Shown here: positions 13,021 through 26,689 of the stretch, piece after piece | How the letters are laid out: every line of letters begins with the position of its first letter | Position numbering within the stretch: the stretch's first letter is position 1 | DNA from: the human T2T-CHM13v2.0 reference genome, Homo sapiens | Assembly (NCBI RefSeq): GCF_009914755.1 | Contig: NC_060928.1 | Length of the DNA: 64,000 nt | Strand: one strand, 5' to 3' | Translations under genes and position numbers: made by a program | Notes under the pieces: model-generated | What the model was told of the DNA's origin: nothing | The model's database searches: none | What the model saw: the letters and a program-made list of their open reading frames with translations, nothing else

Positions 13021-14621
13021 ATAGAAAGATTACATTGTATAATCTGTATTGTATGAAGTTCAATAAATAGAAAAACAGGCAAAAGCAAAGCCTTAAAAGG
13101 GATGGTATTAAATAGTTGGAAAACAGGGAGCAAATAAATTTCTTCTCCTGATAGTTTGACTTATAGTGTAATTCAAAGCAAAAGTCACATGGGGGCAAAT
13201 AGCCAATGGAGGCCTGTTGCTGGGAATAAAGTGACCATGGCATGTAACTTTTAATGCATCTCAAGTTGCCGTATGGGTGGGTAAGGAAGGCACTGGAACC
13301 AGAATCAGAATGCCATCATGCCCAGAAGAGTTATTTAAATACAGTTGACATCCATAGTAAGAAATAAAATAAGATTTTTATTCACTTTATGATCTTTTGA
13401 TAAATGTTGAATATTTCATTAAAACTTAACATGCAGTTTGGGAAATAATAATAGGTAGTTAGTAAATGAGAATTTCTTTCCCCTTCTGTGCTCTTGCAAA
13501 GTTAGTTTTTAAATTAATATCCTATGAATTTTTGATTCCTGGTCATTCCTGTGACCCATGATTTTATAATATTAAATCATGAACCATAACTTTAAAAAAA
13601 CAGAAAAGAGAATTACACATCCAAATTCTTCTTATGAAGTTTCAAAATCTAAACCTTATTCAGTGCACTAAGGATTTTTCTATTACTGATTTTAATGATT
13701 AGCCACAGGATGTAGAAGATGCAAGATGCAATGTAGTGGAAGGTCTTTCCACAAAACACTTCCTAGGAGATTTGAATGGCATGAAACTAGATTTAAGGTG
13801 CTGCCTTGTTCCCTGAGATAAAATTCAGCATTGCCATTTCCTGGTCTTTGGCCAACAGTGGCAGAGTTAGGTGATAGAAACCATATATTGGGTGGGGGAA
13901 TAGGAAAGGAGAGGAGGCTTGTATGCTATCTTTCATTTGGAGCTTTGAGAGGAGGAGTGCTCCATGACCACGTGGAGTGATGCTATTAGATAGAAACAGT
14001 GACATTGTGTGAGTGGGAAAAGAACAAGCCTGGATTAATGCTCCCCATTCCCATTTACTGTTCATGGTATGTGGGAAATTCAGTCATTTCTGGAGCTCCA
14101 GTGATGAACACAGAAGTGCTGAGAGAGCTGGTGACTAGAATGAGCCTGAGGTCTGGAGGAAAGAGATGCAGAGTGTGGGGAGGCTGTGACTTGTGGCCAT
14201 TGCCAGAACCATAGGTATTTGTATAGATGTAATGCATGCCCAAAGGCCATGAGGAGTTAGGTACAAGGCCAACTAAGACGTGCAGGATAGTATTCAGATA
14301 AGCAAGTATCTTTTTCTTAATAATGGCATGTATGTTTTCATCTATGCCCAGATACTGCAGAGGGGAACAAAAGAAAAAGGAAGGGTATGAAAACCTGAAA
14401 TTGACTGGGATTTGAATCTGCCCTCTACTAAGTAGAAATGCCATCAAATAAGTCATGGACAATTGAATTCCATAATAGGAAATTAAAGAGAGATCTGTTT
14501 CTATTCATTGGAATCACAAAAATAATTATAAAAAACATTTATGCCAATTAGACATTGTTTCTAATCATTTTTAAATGTATGAACTCATTTAATTCTTTTT
14601 GAGATAGATACAATGTTTTCA

Positions 14622-14780
<159 letters not shown>

Positions 14781-14980
14781 GACAAAATGTTGCAAATTTA
14801 GGGAGCATACATTTAACTGCCATGTATACTGCACTTTACAATGACAATATTTCCCATTGAATTATTTATATTTTTACACATTTTTTCCTCTTCCTATTTT
14901 CCATTTCCACTCTTCATAACATGTATACCATGTTGAGAAGGGGTAGTAATATAAAATAACTATAAAAAATATAAATTATT

Positions 14981-15455
<475 letters not shown>

Positions 15456-15769
15456 CTAATCTCTATGTTTCATGTCCAAATAGTTCATTTGTGCCAATAG
15501 ACTTTCACAGGATACTCAGAAGAATTAATTTTCAGTGTTTTGGATAGTGAATAGAAGTGGGATAAATGATTCATGAACTCAAGAACCAGAGTAACAGAGC
15601 ATCTAAAAATGAAATGGATTAACTAAAGGACATATGCTAAACCATATACTGTATATGCCATATACTGACCATGTTAAATAAATTCATTTTCTCTATAGAT
15701 TAGAATTCAAAGCAAGTATGAAAGTAACTTACCCAAATTATAATATATAGGAATTATAGCACAGTAGGG

Positions 15770-15970
15770 GAATAGACCGTGAAGTTTGACAGATCTAGAT
15801 TTAAGTCCCCATTCTACTAGCTCACTAGCTGTATAACTTGAGACAAATTCCTTGACTTCTGAAGCCACAGTTTTCTCATTGTTAGAATGAGGGTTGTAAT
15901 GTCTATATGCCATAGTGTTTAGGAAGAAGTTTAGGTCAATTATGAAAGTAAATTACTTAGCCCAGTGCAA
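15770..15970 (+). mobile_element. MIR
   Basis: actagctgtataacttgagacaaattccttgacttctgaagccacagttttctcatt core. Confidence 0.7.
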
Positions 15971-16049
15971 AAAAGAAAAAACAAACCCCAGAATACTCTA
16001 TCATCAACATCATCATTACCTAATCATGCTGTTCTTTTACATTAAAAAA

Positions 16050-16560
16050 AATTATTGAGTGCTCAATTTGAGCTAATCATTGTGTTAGGCAGTTGTAACA
16101 CATTAATGAGCAAAACAGATAAATGACCCTGCTTTTGTGCTGTTTACATTTTATCAGGATATAGACAGATATCACTCAATAAATTGAATATGTAAGTAAA
16201 TTTATGGAATTTTTATAAGGCATTACATATCTTGCAAACCAGCAAAAAATTGTGCAAGGTAAACTAAATTTTGACTATTGATTTAAGGGAACTGGGATAA
16301 AGTGATTGTCATCACTGAAAGGGTAATATTTAAGCAAATGTTTGAAGGATATGAGAGAGTTATCTAAGCAAAGTAATACGTGAAGTATGAGGAATTATAG
16401 TACAAGGAAACCAGTGTGGCTGGAATGAAATGAGTGGGAGAGAGGTCAGGAAACTGATAGTTGAGAAAGTTCTTGTTGGTGCCTGTAGGCTACTGTAAGT
16501 GCTTTGGTTTTACTGTGGTGAGATGAGGGGCCACTGGAGGGTTTGAGCCAAGGACTGATG
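16050..16560 (-). mobile_element. L2 remnant
   Basis: attattgagtgctc...tgtgttagg and gagatgagggccactggagggtttgagc motifs. Confidence 0.7.
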
Positions 16561-18286
16561 ATGTATCATCATCTTCCTACAATGCAGTGAATCAGTACTG
16601 AAAACACTGTCAGCATATAAAACACTGACCTCCCATAGTTCCCACATAGTTAGAAGAGACCTGAGTTTTTAAATTGGCAAATATCATTCTAATGGGGTTC
16701 CACGATTTCCCTGAATTTTACAGTGAAAGAAATTTAGAAAGAAGTATTTCAGAATTAATATAGCTATTTACAGGACAAAAAAATATGGATTTCATGGAGG
16801 AATGGCAAGGAATAATTTAGTGTTATAATAGATTTAAAATATTTGCATGTCACTTAATCTATGGTCATGAATCTATTTCCAAGTGCTTATTTATAGCCAT
16901 AAATATTGTAGCTCATTATCAAACTGACACTTCGCTGAGATTCTTCGGACATGTGGCTGAATTCATGTATTTTATCATTTTAATATGATATTTAATATGA
17001 ATTCATGTACTTTATCATTTTAACACAACTGGATTAAAGATAGTGATTTAAAATATGGAATATAAAACTAAGTTCCATTGTTTGTTTACTTCTCCCCTTT
17101 TTTCTTCGCTATTAAGAAATTGATTTGATTTGGGAACATATTGTCATGTTCAGCCTTGACTTATATTCAGGAAAAAAGATCCTTAGCCTGAACAACTCAA
17201 ATATTTTCTTGTCTGCCTTGCATGGACCCTGGCACTTAGACAATAGCAAAATTCGATTGTGTAAAGTATAAATTTGGGAAAAACATCAAACTCTAGAGAC
17301 TCTCCTAGAAGTATAGTGCAGAAGCCACTTTCACATGTTTCTTATATTAGTTTTTCCATATACTTCAAAGTATTAATCATAACCCAATGACTACTCAAAA
17401 ACTACATGTAATCAAAATTTATAGTACACTCTACAGTTTAAAATACCAATATCACTGGTTTTCTACTTCACAGAAAAAAATCACTCAACTTCTTCTAGCA
17501 TTTAATCTTCTAGACTCATAACACTCCTGGGAGTTTTAGAGACTACCTGGCCCTACCCTTCATTTAAAATAGAGACATTTAGTCAGAGAATCTAAAGGGC
17601 ATGCTCTTCATTTCACAGCTAGTAAACAGAGTTTGTACTGAAGCTTTTGGACACATCACTGCATTAGGAGAAAAACTTCTTACCAGAGTGAAAGAAAACA
17701 CTTCTCATTTTAGGTAGAAGTGGTCCTCTACAGTCACTGAAATGCATGAAGCAGATTTTCCTTATAAAACTGAGGTGATAGGATTTTGAAGATGTGCATC
17801 TGAAGGATTAGAGAGGAGAAAGTAAAAATCCAAATGATTCATAAGGAGTAAAGAGTGAATCTTGGAAGTGGTTAAATCTGGTAACCAAACTGGAAATTCC
17901 TTGATGACTCAGGGCCTACTATTCATCTGTGCTTGGAAAATTGGTAGAGAATTGAAGGTTTGCCTCAGACAGGAAATGGAACTTAGTGGGTAGTTAAGTA
18001 GTAGGAGACAGCTTTGCAAGATGAAGAATTAAAAAGTCTTCATGTCAGGAAGCTGACATAAAGCCTTTAGTCTCCAAGAAAAAGATCATCCACTCTGGAA
18101 ACCTTATTTCCATAGGTGGGATGAAGTTGAGATGCTAGCCCAGAAAATAGGTGAAGGAATTAGGTGTTAACAAAGAGGGGAAACCTCTCATGCAGTACTA
18201 AGATGAAGGTATATTTTGGAGCAATTCCTATCGGATCTTAAATTAATTGTTGAAATTAGACAAATTATCTTATAATAAAATCAAAT

Positions 18287-18478
18287 GTAGTGATTTTCAG
18301 GTGGAGCACATCTTACATCAAGGATATGTGTGCTATATTTGGTAGTCAAAATTATGAAGTGCTGCGCCATAGGGTTTTAGTAGAAAAAAGCCAGGGTTCC
18401 TAAATACTTTGCAATATGGAGAAAACAAACAATTATCCCATCCAAAATGCAATCAATGTCTCATTGAAAAACAATGAT
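18287..18478 (+). mobile_element. MER20-like hAT transposon
   Basis: agccagggttcctaaatac...aattatcccatccaaaatg...ttgaaaaac follows the MER20 3' half. Confidence 0.55.
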
Positions 18479-19177
18479 GCAACTCAAAGGAGGTCTTTGT
18501 GGGGAAAATTGTATCTCTAGTGCCCAGTCCAGAGGCAAACAAGTTACTCAAATTATCTTGAATGAAACCAAAAAGAACCTATACTCTATAACTGAATTCA
18601 TTTCTATATGTTTATATATTTGTTTTTCATTAATATTTGGTTAAGTGTTAATAAAAACTGGAATACTTCCTTTAAATTAGTCAAATGTTTTCTAATCTGA
18701 AATACGAGTACAAGGTTCTTGTTCATTTCAGACAAGGGTAGTGTCAAGTCAAAACCAGCAGTTCTGTAAAGTAGGAGTAGTAGACATGGCAATATCATGA
18801 AGTGATGAGGGGTATTGTGACTGCTGATATCCTAGCACTTTCCTCCGATTAAATCCAAAGGTACAGAGAATTCAGTACCAATGTGTCTTGTTCTGAGTAT
18901 CTCATGGTGGTGTTTAATGTATAAGGAGAGCTGGAAGAGTTGTGTGGAGACTAGTTAAAAAAACAATCTGAATCCAAACGAGTGCTCAGATATGTTTATC
19001 TCTATTCTGAAAACTAACTTGATCTGAAGCAGATAGCTTCAATCAGTCAAAGAGCTCCTTTGTGTGGTTCTATTTGCCCAAAGTGTTGCTTTAGAAGTCA
19101 GGATGAAATAAGGAGGTCACTAGCTGTCCCATCACCTTTGGAAACTTACAGCATGATCTTATGACTCATAACAAGCC

Positions 19178-19362
<185 letters not shown>

Positions 19363-20037
19363 TAAATTATCCCATCATGCTGCCAGCCCAAGATAATAAT
19401 ATATGAAGAAAAAAAGGTGGAAACAACAGACATGTTTATATATTCAGAAAAGAAAAGGAGATTATGCTTTGCTTTCATAATTAAAACTGAATGTCACATT
19501 TGCATGTAATATGTTTTTAATTTTACGGTTTTTATTCTTGTTCCACCAATTTATTGATAAAAAGTATCAACCTCACAGAAAGTATTTAGATGCATTTTCA
19601 TATCTATAACCTCATTGTACATGTCATTTTCTTATGGGTCTTCTGGAAAATTTTCAAAAATGCTTGTGCTACCAAAAATGAAATGCTATGTTAAAGCAGG
19701 GAGTAAAATCCCTTACTGTACTGTGTGCACTTACACTATTTAACTTTTGTTGACCTTATCAAAGACTTTGGAATAAATTCAAAGTAGATGTTGCTTACAG
19801 TTTATATGAATAACTAATGATATAGCTATAAAGTAGTTTGTCAAAAATTATAGGTATTACGTCTTTAAAGATATGATGACCGCTGAGGAGTGACTTGCTT
19901 ATGCAAAATAAATGAATTCACTCCTTCAAGGCAAGGGCATTTAATTTACTATAAATATCTTCTCAGGTGCTCAAAAAGAATAAACTTCTCATCATTGAGA
20001 AATGTTCCCCAAACTTTTTTATAAATATTATCTTCAT

Positions 20038-20085
20038 CTGAGATGTGGGATAAGACAAGTTCTCAACTCCTTCCTCTACAGCCTA

Positions 20086-20134
<49 letters not shown>

Positions 20135-20256
20135 TATATATATCATATATATATGTGAGATATATATATGAGATATATATATCTCCCTATATATCTATAT
20201 ATATCACCTGAGATGTGGGATAAGACAAGTTCTCAACTCCTTCCTCTACAGCCTAT

Positions 20257-20258
<2 letters not shown>
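20038..20258. repeat. Direct duplication of a 51-bp unique segment (20038-20088 and 20208-20258), each copy followed by (TA)n
   Basis: ctgagatgtgggataagacaagttctcaactccttcctctacagcctatga is identical at a 170-bp offset. Confidence 0.95.
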
Positions 20259-20296
<38 letters not shown>

Positions 20297-20304
20297 ATAT
20301 ATAC

Positions 20305-20568
20305 ATGTGAGATATATATATGAGATATATATAGCTCATGTGAGATATATATATGAGATATATATATCTCATGTGAGATATATATATGAGATATATATAT
20401 CTCATGTGAGATATATATATGAGATATATATATCTCATGTGAGATATATATATGAGATATATATATCTCATGTGAGATATATATATGAGATATATATATC
20501 TCATGTGAGATATATATATGAGATATATATATCTCATGTGAGATATATATATGAGATATATATATCTC
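20305..20568. repeat. 33-bp minisatellite, 8 copies
   Basis: Unit atgtgagatatatatatgagatatatatatctc; the 11-aa periodicity [11 protein letters not shown] in the ORF track confirms the 33-bp period. Confidence 0.95.
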
Positions 20569-20569
20569 A

Positions 20570-21010
20570 TATATATCTATATATCTCTACATATATATCT
20601 ATATACTGATATATATAGATATCTATATACTGATATATATAGATATGTATATACTGATATATAGATATCTATATACTGATATATATAGATATCTATATAT
20701 TGATATATATAGATATCAATATATCGATATCTATATATCGATATCTATAGATATCGATATATAGATATCGATATATTGATATATATAGATATCTATATAT
20801 CGATATCTATAGATATCTATATCAATATAGATATATATCAATATATATCGATATATATAGATATCTATATATTGATATATATAGATATCTATATATTGAT
20901 ATGTATATAGATATCTATATATTGATATATATAGATATCTATATATTGATATGTATATAGATATCTATATATTGATATGTATATAGATATCTATATATAG
21001 AGAGAGAGAT
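20570..21010. repeat. TA-rich ~24-26-bp tandem array with GATATC/ATCGAT palindromes
   Basis: Units such as ctatatactgatatatatagatat and ctatatattgatatgtatatagatat. Confidence 0.9.
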
Positions 21011-21225
21011 AGGTACTTAGGTAGTTAGATAGATATAGGTATATAATATTTATGTTCAGGTAATTCTTCTGACATGGTTACCTGGTTTATTATGAAAAAC
21101 TGTGGTATGTAGAGAAGAGTTTTAGGGCTTACTCTATACCAGTTATTTTTAACAGAGAAAATCTAATGTATAGAATTATAACTTAAGTATGGAATAACTA
21201 AAAAAAAAAAGGAAGTACTAAGGTA

Positions 21226-21849
21226 TATCAGGCATCCCCATGACTACATCTAGGTTCACTGAAGCGCCTCACAGTATATGGCATATAGTCATACTCAGGC
21301 TATAATTTACTGCAGAAAAAGGATATGAAGCAAAATCAGCAAAAGGAGAAAAGGTGCATGTATGAAATCAGAAGGAAACCAGTCTTAAGCTTCCAAGCAT
21401 CTTCTCCCAGTGGAGTCACAAAGAATGTGTTAAATTTTCCCAGCAATGAATTACGACAATCCACATGAAGTGTTTTCTACCAGAGATTCTCATTAGAGAC
21501 ACAGTGCCCAATGTCTTACTGAGGACTGATCATGTAGGCACTCTCTGCCTATCATTTGCCAAAATTCCAGACTTCAAAGGAGAGCAGGTGCTTGGTATAA
21601 ACCACAGTTTGCACCAAGTATAAACTGGTATATACTTGGTATAAACTGGTATGCACTTGATATAAACTTGGTATGCACTTGGTATAAACTGTGTTTGCAC
21701 AGTTTAGGCACAGCCAGCTATTCTTATCAGGGAAAGGTGAGAATCTTCCCAAAATCTTAGTTTCCAGACACCAGCTGGGGCCCAAACTTGCAACAGGACT
21801 TTCTGAGGATAGCGGACTCAGGCCTGCTATATTAAATCTTTTCTGTACA
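21226..21849 (-). mobile_element. ERVL-class solo LTR, MER77/MER68-like
   Basis: Reverse complement starts TGTACAGAAAAGATTTAATATAGCAGGCCTGAG, the MER21/68/77 group terminus. Confidence 0.75.
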
Positions 21850-22425
21850 TAAGGCATCATGGAGGCAGAAATGGCAGGAAACAGTTACAGGAAACACCCC
21901 ATGCAGTTGAGGAAACAATGAGAAGTTGAGATCACTAAAATTTGGAAATCTTGGAGGAGTGGCCTCCTGGAGTGAAACTCAGACCTCAGAGTAGGGCACG
22001 GTGTTCAGCTGGCCATGATGTCTCTGAGTCAGAGAAAGAGACTGGAAGCCGGGATTCAAACCTCCACTGCAGGATGGGTAAGCAGACAGCTGATGCTGGC
22101 ATCTCTAAGGGATGTTGGATGAACTGGTCCTGCAAATGATGGGAAAAATTCAGTCTAGACAACCTTCTGATTCTAAAACAAACTGCCACTGCCAAAGGAA
22201 GAAAGAGTGTGACTGGGGCAATGCTAAGAGGAACAGGGAATCAAGTTAACATGCAAGAAGGAACAAGTCCTTTTTCCAGTTCTTTAGTCTATCTCTAGCA
22301 TTCTCTTTCGGTAGAGCCTAATGGAGCATTGGGCAAAGAGGATGTGGTTTTCAGAATTTCAGCCCCAGCTGCACTAGTCTAGAAAGATGGATGTGGAGCT
22401 GAGACATTAGCTTAGTAGCTAGAAC
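21850..22425. mobile_element. Ancient LTR remnant (MLT1M-like MaLR?)
   Basis: Terminal ggatgtggagctgagacattagcttagtagct resembles old MLT1 ends; family uncertain. Confidence 0.35.
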
Positions 22426-23035
22426 GGGATTTTGATTTTTCTCAGACCACCCCATGAAAACTTAGAAGGCTTATGAAGGGAATTCATACATTACAAAATT
22501 GCAACCAGAACATTTGGGATGATGCTGTGGGTGTATTTGCCATAGCAACACGCACTACTACAATAAAATATAAAAAGTAAGTGACCTGTGAAAAGTAACA
22601 TGTGTGTACCAAATGAGATAATTGTATCCATCACGTGGCTCCTAAGCCATTCCCATGGACAGCTAATTAAAAATAAGCAAGAATCAGAATTATGTCATCT
22701 CATCCTGGATGGCGGTGGTCTCCTCCGTATTCTTTTCTATGTGGGGAGGTAGGTATCATAACCATGCAGTGGCCATAGCCAAGTTTAGTAAAATTTTCAG
22801 CCTTTAATATCTTACCTGATATTGCTATGTTTTTGAATATTACAGCCTGACCTTTTTTTTTGTAGCAATATGAAGTCCCTTCTACTGTCTTCTACCTTGC
22901 TGTCATCCAACTCATGTGACCCCTATTAACTTTAACTTGATTACTGCCACTTCCTATGTGCATGGAAATGCAGTCTTGGTTGCATTCATTCAGTCCAGGT
23001 AGCAGTGTGCAAAAAGATATGAAAATAATAACTCC

Positions 23036-23105
23036 TAATGGTTGCACAACATTTTGAATGTCTTTGATACTACTGAATTGTGTGGTTAAAAATGGTTAAG
23101 ATGGT
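23036..23105 (+). mobile_element. L1M (L1MB-like) 3'-end fragment
   Basis: atggttgcacaacattttgaatg...actgaattgt...ttaaaaatggttaagatggt. Confidence 0.75.
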
Positions 23106-23471
23106 TGCTGGGGTCTGCTAAAGTCTTCCAAAATTCATGTGCTGAAACTTAATCCCCATTGTGGTGGTATTAAGAGGTGAGCCTTTGGAGAAGTGATTAT
23201 GTCATGAGGGCTTTGCCCCCATAAATGGATTAGCATCTTATAAAAGGACTGGAGGGAGCTAGCTTAGTTCCTCTTACCCTTCCATTTCTTCTGCCATGTG
23301 AGAAAACAGCATCTGTGCCCTCCTGAGAATACAGTACCACGGCACCATCTTGGAAGCAGAACAAGCAACTCTCACCAGACACCAGACCTGCTTGTGTCTT
23401 GATTTTGGACGTCCCAGACTTCAAAACTGTGCAAAATAAATTTCTATCATGTGTAAACAAAAAAAAAAAAA
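23106..23471 (+). mobile_element. MST (MSTC/D-like) MaLR LTR truncated after its polyA signal, followed by poly(A)
   Basis: ccaaaattcatgtgctgaaacttaatcccc..., AATAAA at 23435-23440, A run at 23459-23471; the normal LTR 3' end is absent. Confidence 0.85.
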
Positions 23472-23631
23472 GAAAATAATAACTACCATATATTAATCAC
23501 TTAGCCTGGGGCAGAAATTTTCAATAGTATTTATACATTATCACGTATAAATCCTGCAGGACAAGTGTTATTTTCTATTTTATAGAAATGAACACTAAAC
23601 TGAGGTTCATGGATCTGTAACACCTATATAC

Positions 23632-23943
<312 letters not shown>

Positions 23944-24189
23944 TAACAGGCCACACTGCACCTAGATATCTCTTACTGAAGATCTCATTTTCTTTCTTAA
24001 ACCTCATACTCAGTCTATCATCACAAATAGAGCCTTGGTTTAGCAGAAAAAGTCTTGGAGTAAGAGCCATAATAGCTAATCTCTGCCCTTTTATCTGTAA
24101 CTTAATTGGGCTACCATTTTCCTCTCTTAAAGCATTAACATAGATACCTGCTAAGGAAAGCAATGACTTAGAGTGGAAATATTATGAGC

Positions 24190-24350
24190 CTTGCAATCAG
24201 ATATACAAAGTTTTAAGTTCAAGTTCCATCTTTATTACCTGAGTAAGCTTAGAAAACTTAGCCAATTTTCTCAACTGCAAAGCAGAAATAATATCTAAGT
24301 CACAAGATTACTGTAAGAATTAAAATAGTCTATGTAAAATGCTGACTATA
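24190..24350 (+). mobile_element. MIR remnant
   Basis: agttcaagttccatc...ttttctcaactgcaaa...tatgtaaaatgct. Confidence 0.5.
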
Positions 24351-25354
24351 CTTCATTTGTTTTGTGAAATTGATTTAACAAATTTCCTGTAAGGTTTTAA
24401 CTGTATGCTGAAAGCTTCCCATCACTTGTAAATTGCTTTTGACTATTTGGTAAGGAAATAGTTAGATCCCTTTATTTCATGTCTAAATTCTATGAAACAT
24501 TTTTATAGGTGTTTATTTCTCGTTTCCTTTCTGTTTCATGCGTCCAAGGTCCTGGCCACTAAAAACAAAACAAAACAAACCACATCCATCATATGTACTG
24601 TGTTCTTGCCTAGTTTTACTAGCCATTTCACCTCTCTCATTTTCACAGGAGGAGTGGAGATGTTTTATTTTATTTTTAGAGCCAACACTCTAGGTCAAAT
24701 CTAAAAACAATTTTATATAATTGAACTCTCGCTCACCAAAATTATCCTTTTATTTTAAATCAGCATTTTTCTATTATTACATGCATTAGGGACAGCACGA
24801 CTTTACTACTGTACTTCAGAAGGCAATGAAAATGCATGCTGTGCAAAAAGGACAGCAATGCGAAGCCTTAGTAAAGTGTGAATTATTTCCTAGTTGAAAA
24901 TCCAGAAGTGCTTCCCATTACGGAAGTAAAAAAACACTTTCAGTGAGGTATATTTAATTGGGCTAAGTCATTTTCCTGGACCAAGTAATTATTACTTATT
25001 ATTTACATGTATTTATTCTCATCTATGGTCTTTGTTATATTTATCATGAATTTCTTCTTCAACTGAAATTCTGTTTTCACAAGATTAAGTCTCACAGCCT
25101 TTTAGAAAGATTTGTTCACCACATAATCAATAGTAATTTTACAAGCAAAGGAAAAATTTGAGTATACAGTTAAGACTTTATAGGGAATGAATTGAATCAG
25201 TTCACAAATTAAATAAAAGCTGGCTTTCTCCTGGATTTCATAAAGCTGTTGCATATATACCAATAATAAACAAAAAAATGAAGAATTAAAAGTCTTATAC
25301 TGTAGATTTATCATTTTCTGTTAGAGATAAAATTAGCAGGCACAAAATCAGTGT

Positions 25355-25750
25355 TCTATATCAGCATGATAGGATGCTAACAAAATAAAGTCCAAATCTC
25401 AATGACTAAACAAACAAAAGCTTGCATCAAATCATATGTGGATAGACCAACTCGGAAGAGGAAGTCTCCTATCTGGATGATTCAGAGACACAAAGTTCCT
25501 CATTTTATGACAGTGCTCTCCCAAAACACAGTTCTAGTATGACTACAGCTGGGAAAAAGAGAATATTGAGAGTACAGTACTCACATTTTCAATGTTTAGG
25601 TCCATAAATGATGCTCATTGCTTTTGCTCAAATTTCACAGCCTATATCTAGTAACATAACATAGTCTTGTCTAATTGAGAAAGGACATGGTTAGTTAAAT
25701 CTTTCTCTGTTGCCAGAAGTAATGAACAAACAGATAACAATGAGCATTAG
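25355..25750 (-). mobile_element. Old MLT1 (J/K/L-like) LTR remnant
   Basis: taacaaaataaagtccaaatctcaatgactaaacaaacaaaag resembles an MLT1 3' end in reverse. Confidence 0.4.
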
Positions 25751-26689
25751 AAACCGCTGGAGTACTCAAAATGTGCTTTTAATTATATTTATTCAGTAAA
25801 AGCACACTGAGTGTTTATATGTACCAGGTAGGTATTGAGGATGCTGTGGCGATCAAAATAGACATTTTAAAAATCCTCAAAAAACTTACTGTTCAGAAGT
25901 AGATCTACACACGCCAGACTTCCAACAAACAATGTCTCTCAGTCAGTCCATTGGCCTGGTTCATGATCCAAGCAAAATGGCTTTGTGCTTGATCTGGGTG
26001 CAAAAATACTCCAATTTTACCTTGAACTACAAAGTTTCTGGACTTTGTACATTCAAATGTAATTTCCGGCCTAAGCAAAGTAACAGAATTGCAGGTGTTT
26101 AGCAGCTGGGTGCCCAAGTGTGCACTGTTTCAGCTTGACTTTTTATTATACAAGTGCATGCACAATATTTGCTACTTCTGTACAAGCGGGCAGGGTTCAC
26201 CAGGTGTTATATTAAATTATTGATTCCTAGTCTAGGTATACAGCACTGGGTTTACTTTCTTAAAGTCCGCACGTCATTAAGCCTCACAAGAGGAAAGTAT
26301 GTTGAAATCAAATTTAGAGGAATATGGCTTGCCACAGGCTTCAGTATTACCCTCTCTGCCTGGTCCCATTGCGACACTGGATTGGTTAGTTACAGAGAAG
26401 AAAGTAATGTTCGTGAAATCCAGGTTTCATACCTAAGTTTTATTGTTGTTTATTTGTTTATTTTAGGCAAGAAACAATGACACCATGTTCTATACCACAA
26501 GCCCAAGAGAGTCTGGAAGCTATTTTTTTTTTAAAGAGAATCTTCTCTATACAAAAACATGGAGCTGAATGGGGAAATGGAGATTAAAAGTATTTAATAG
26601 ATTTAAGTGGGTCTAAATATGCTGCAAGGGAAATCAAGACAAACTAACTAAAACTCAGGGAAAATTCAAATAATGATCATTGAAAACAA

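Noticed and set aside
14055-14462. 135-aa minus-strand ORF
   Set aside because: No recognisable homology and low-information composition.
20295-20609. Repetitive ORFs ([11 protein letters not shown])n and ([11 protein letters not shown])n as a repeat protein, or the array as CRISPR-like
   Set aside because: They are stop-free readings of a 33-bp TA minisatellite; there are no unique spacers, no cas genes, and the context is primate.
24789-24860. Twin GGACAGCA words as REST/RE1 sites
   Set aside because: Only right half-sites; the TTCAGCACC half is missing.
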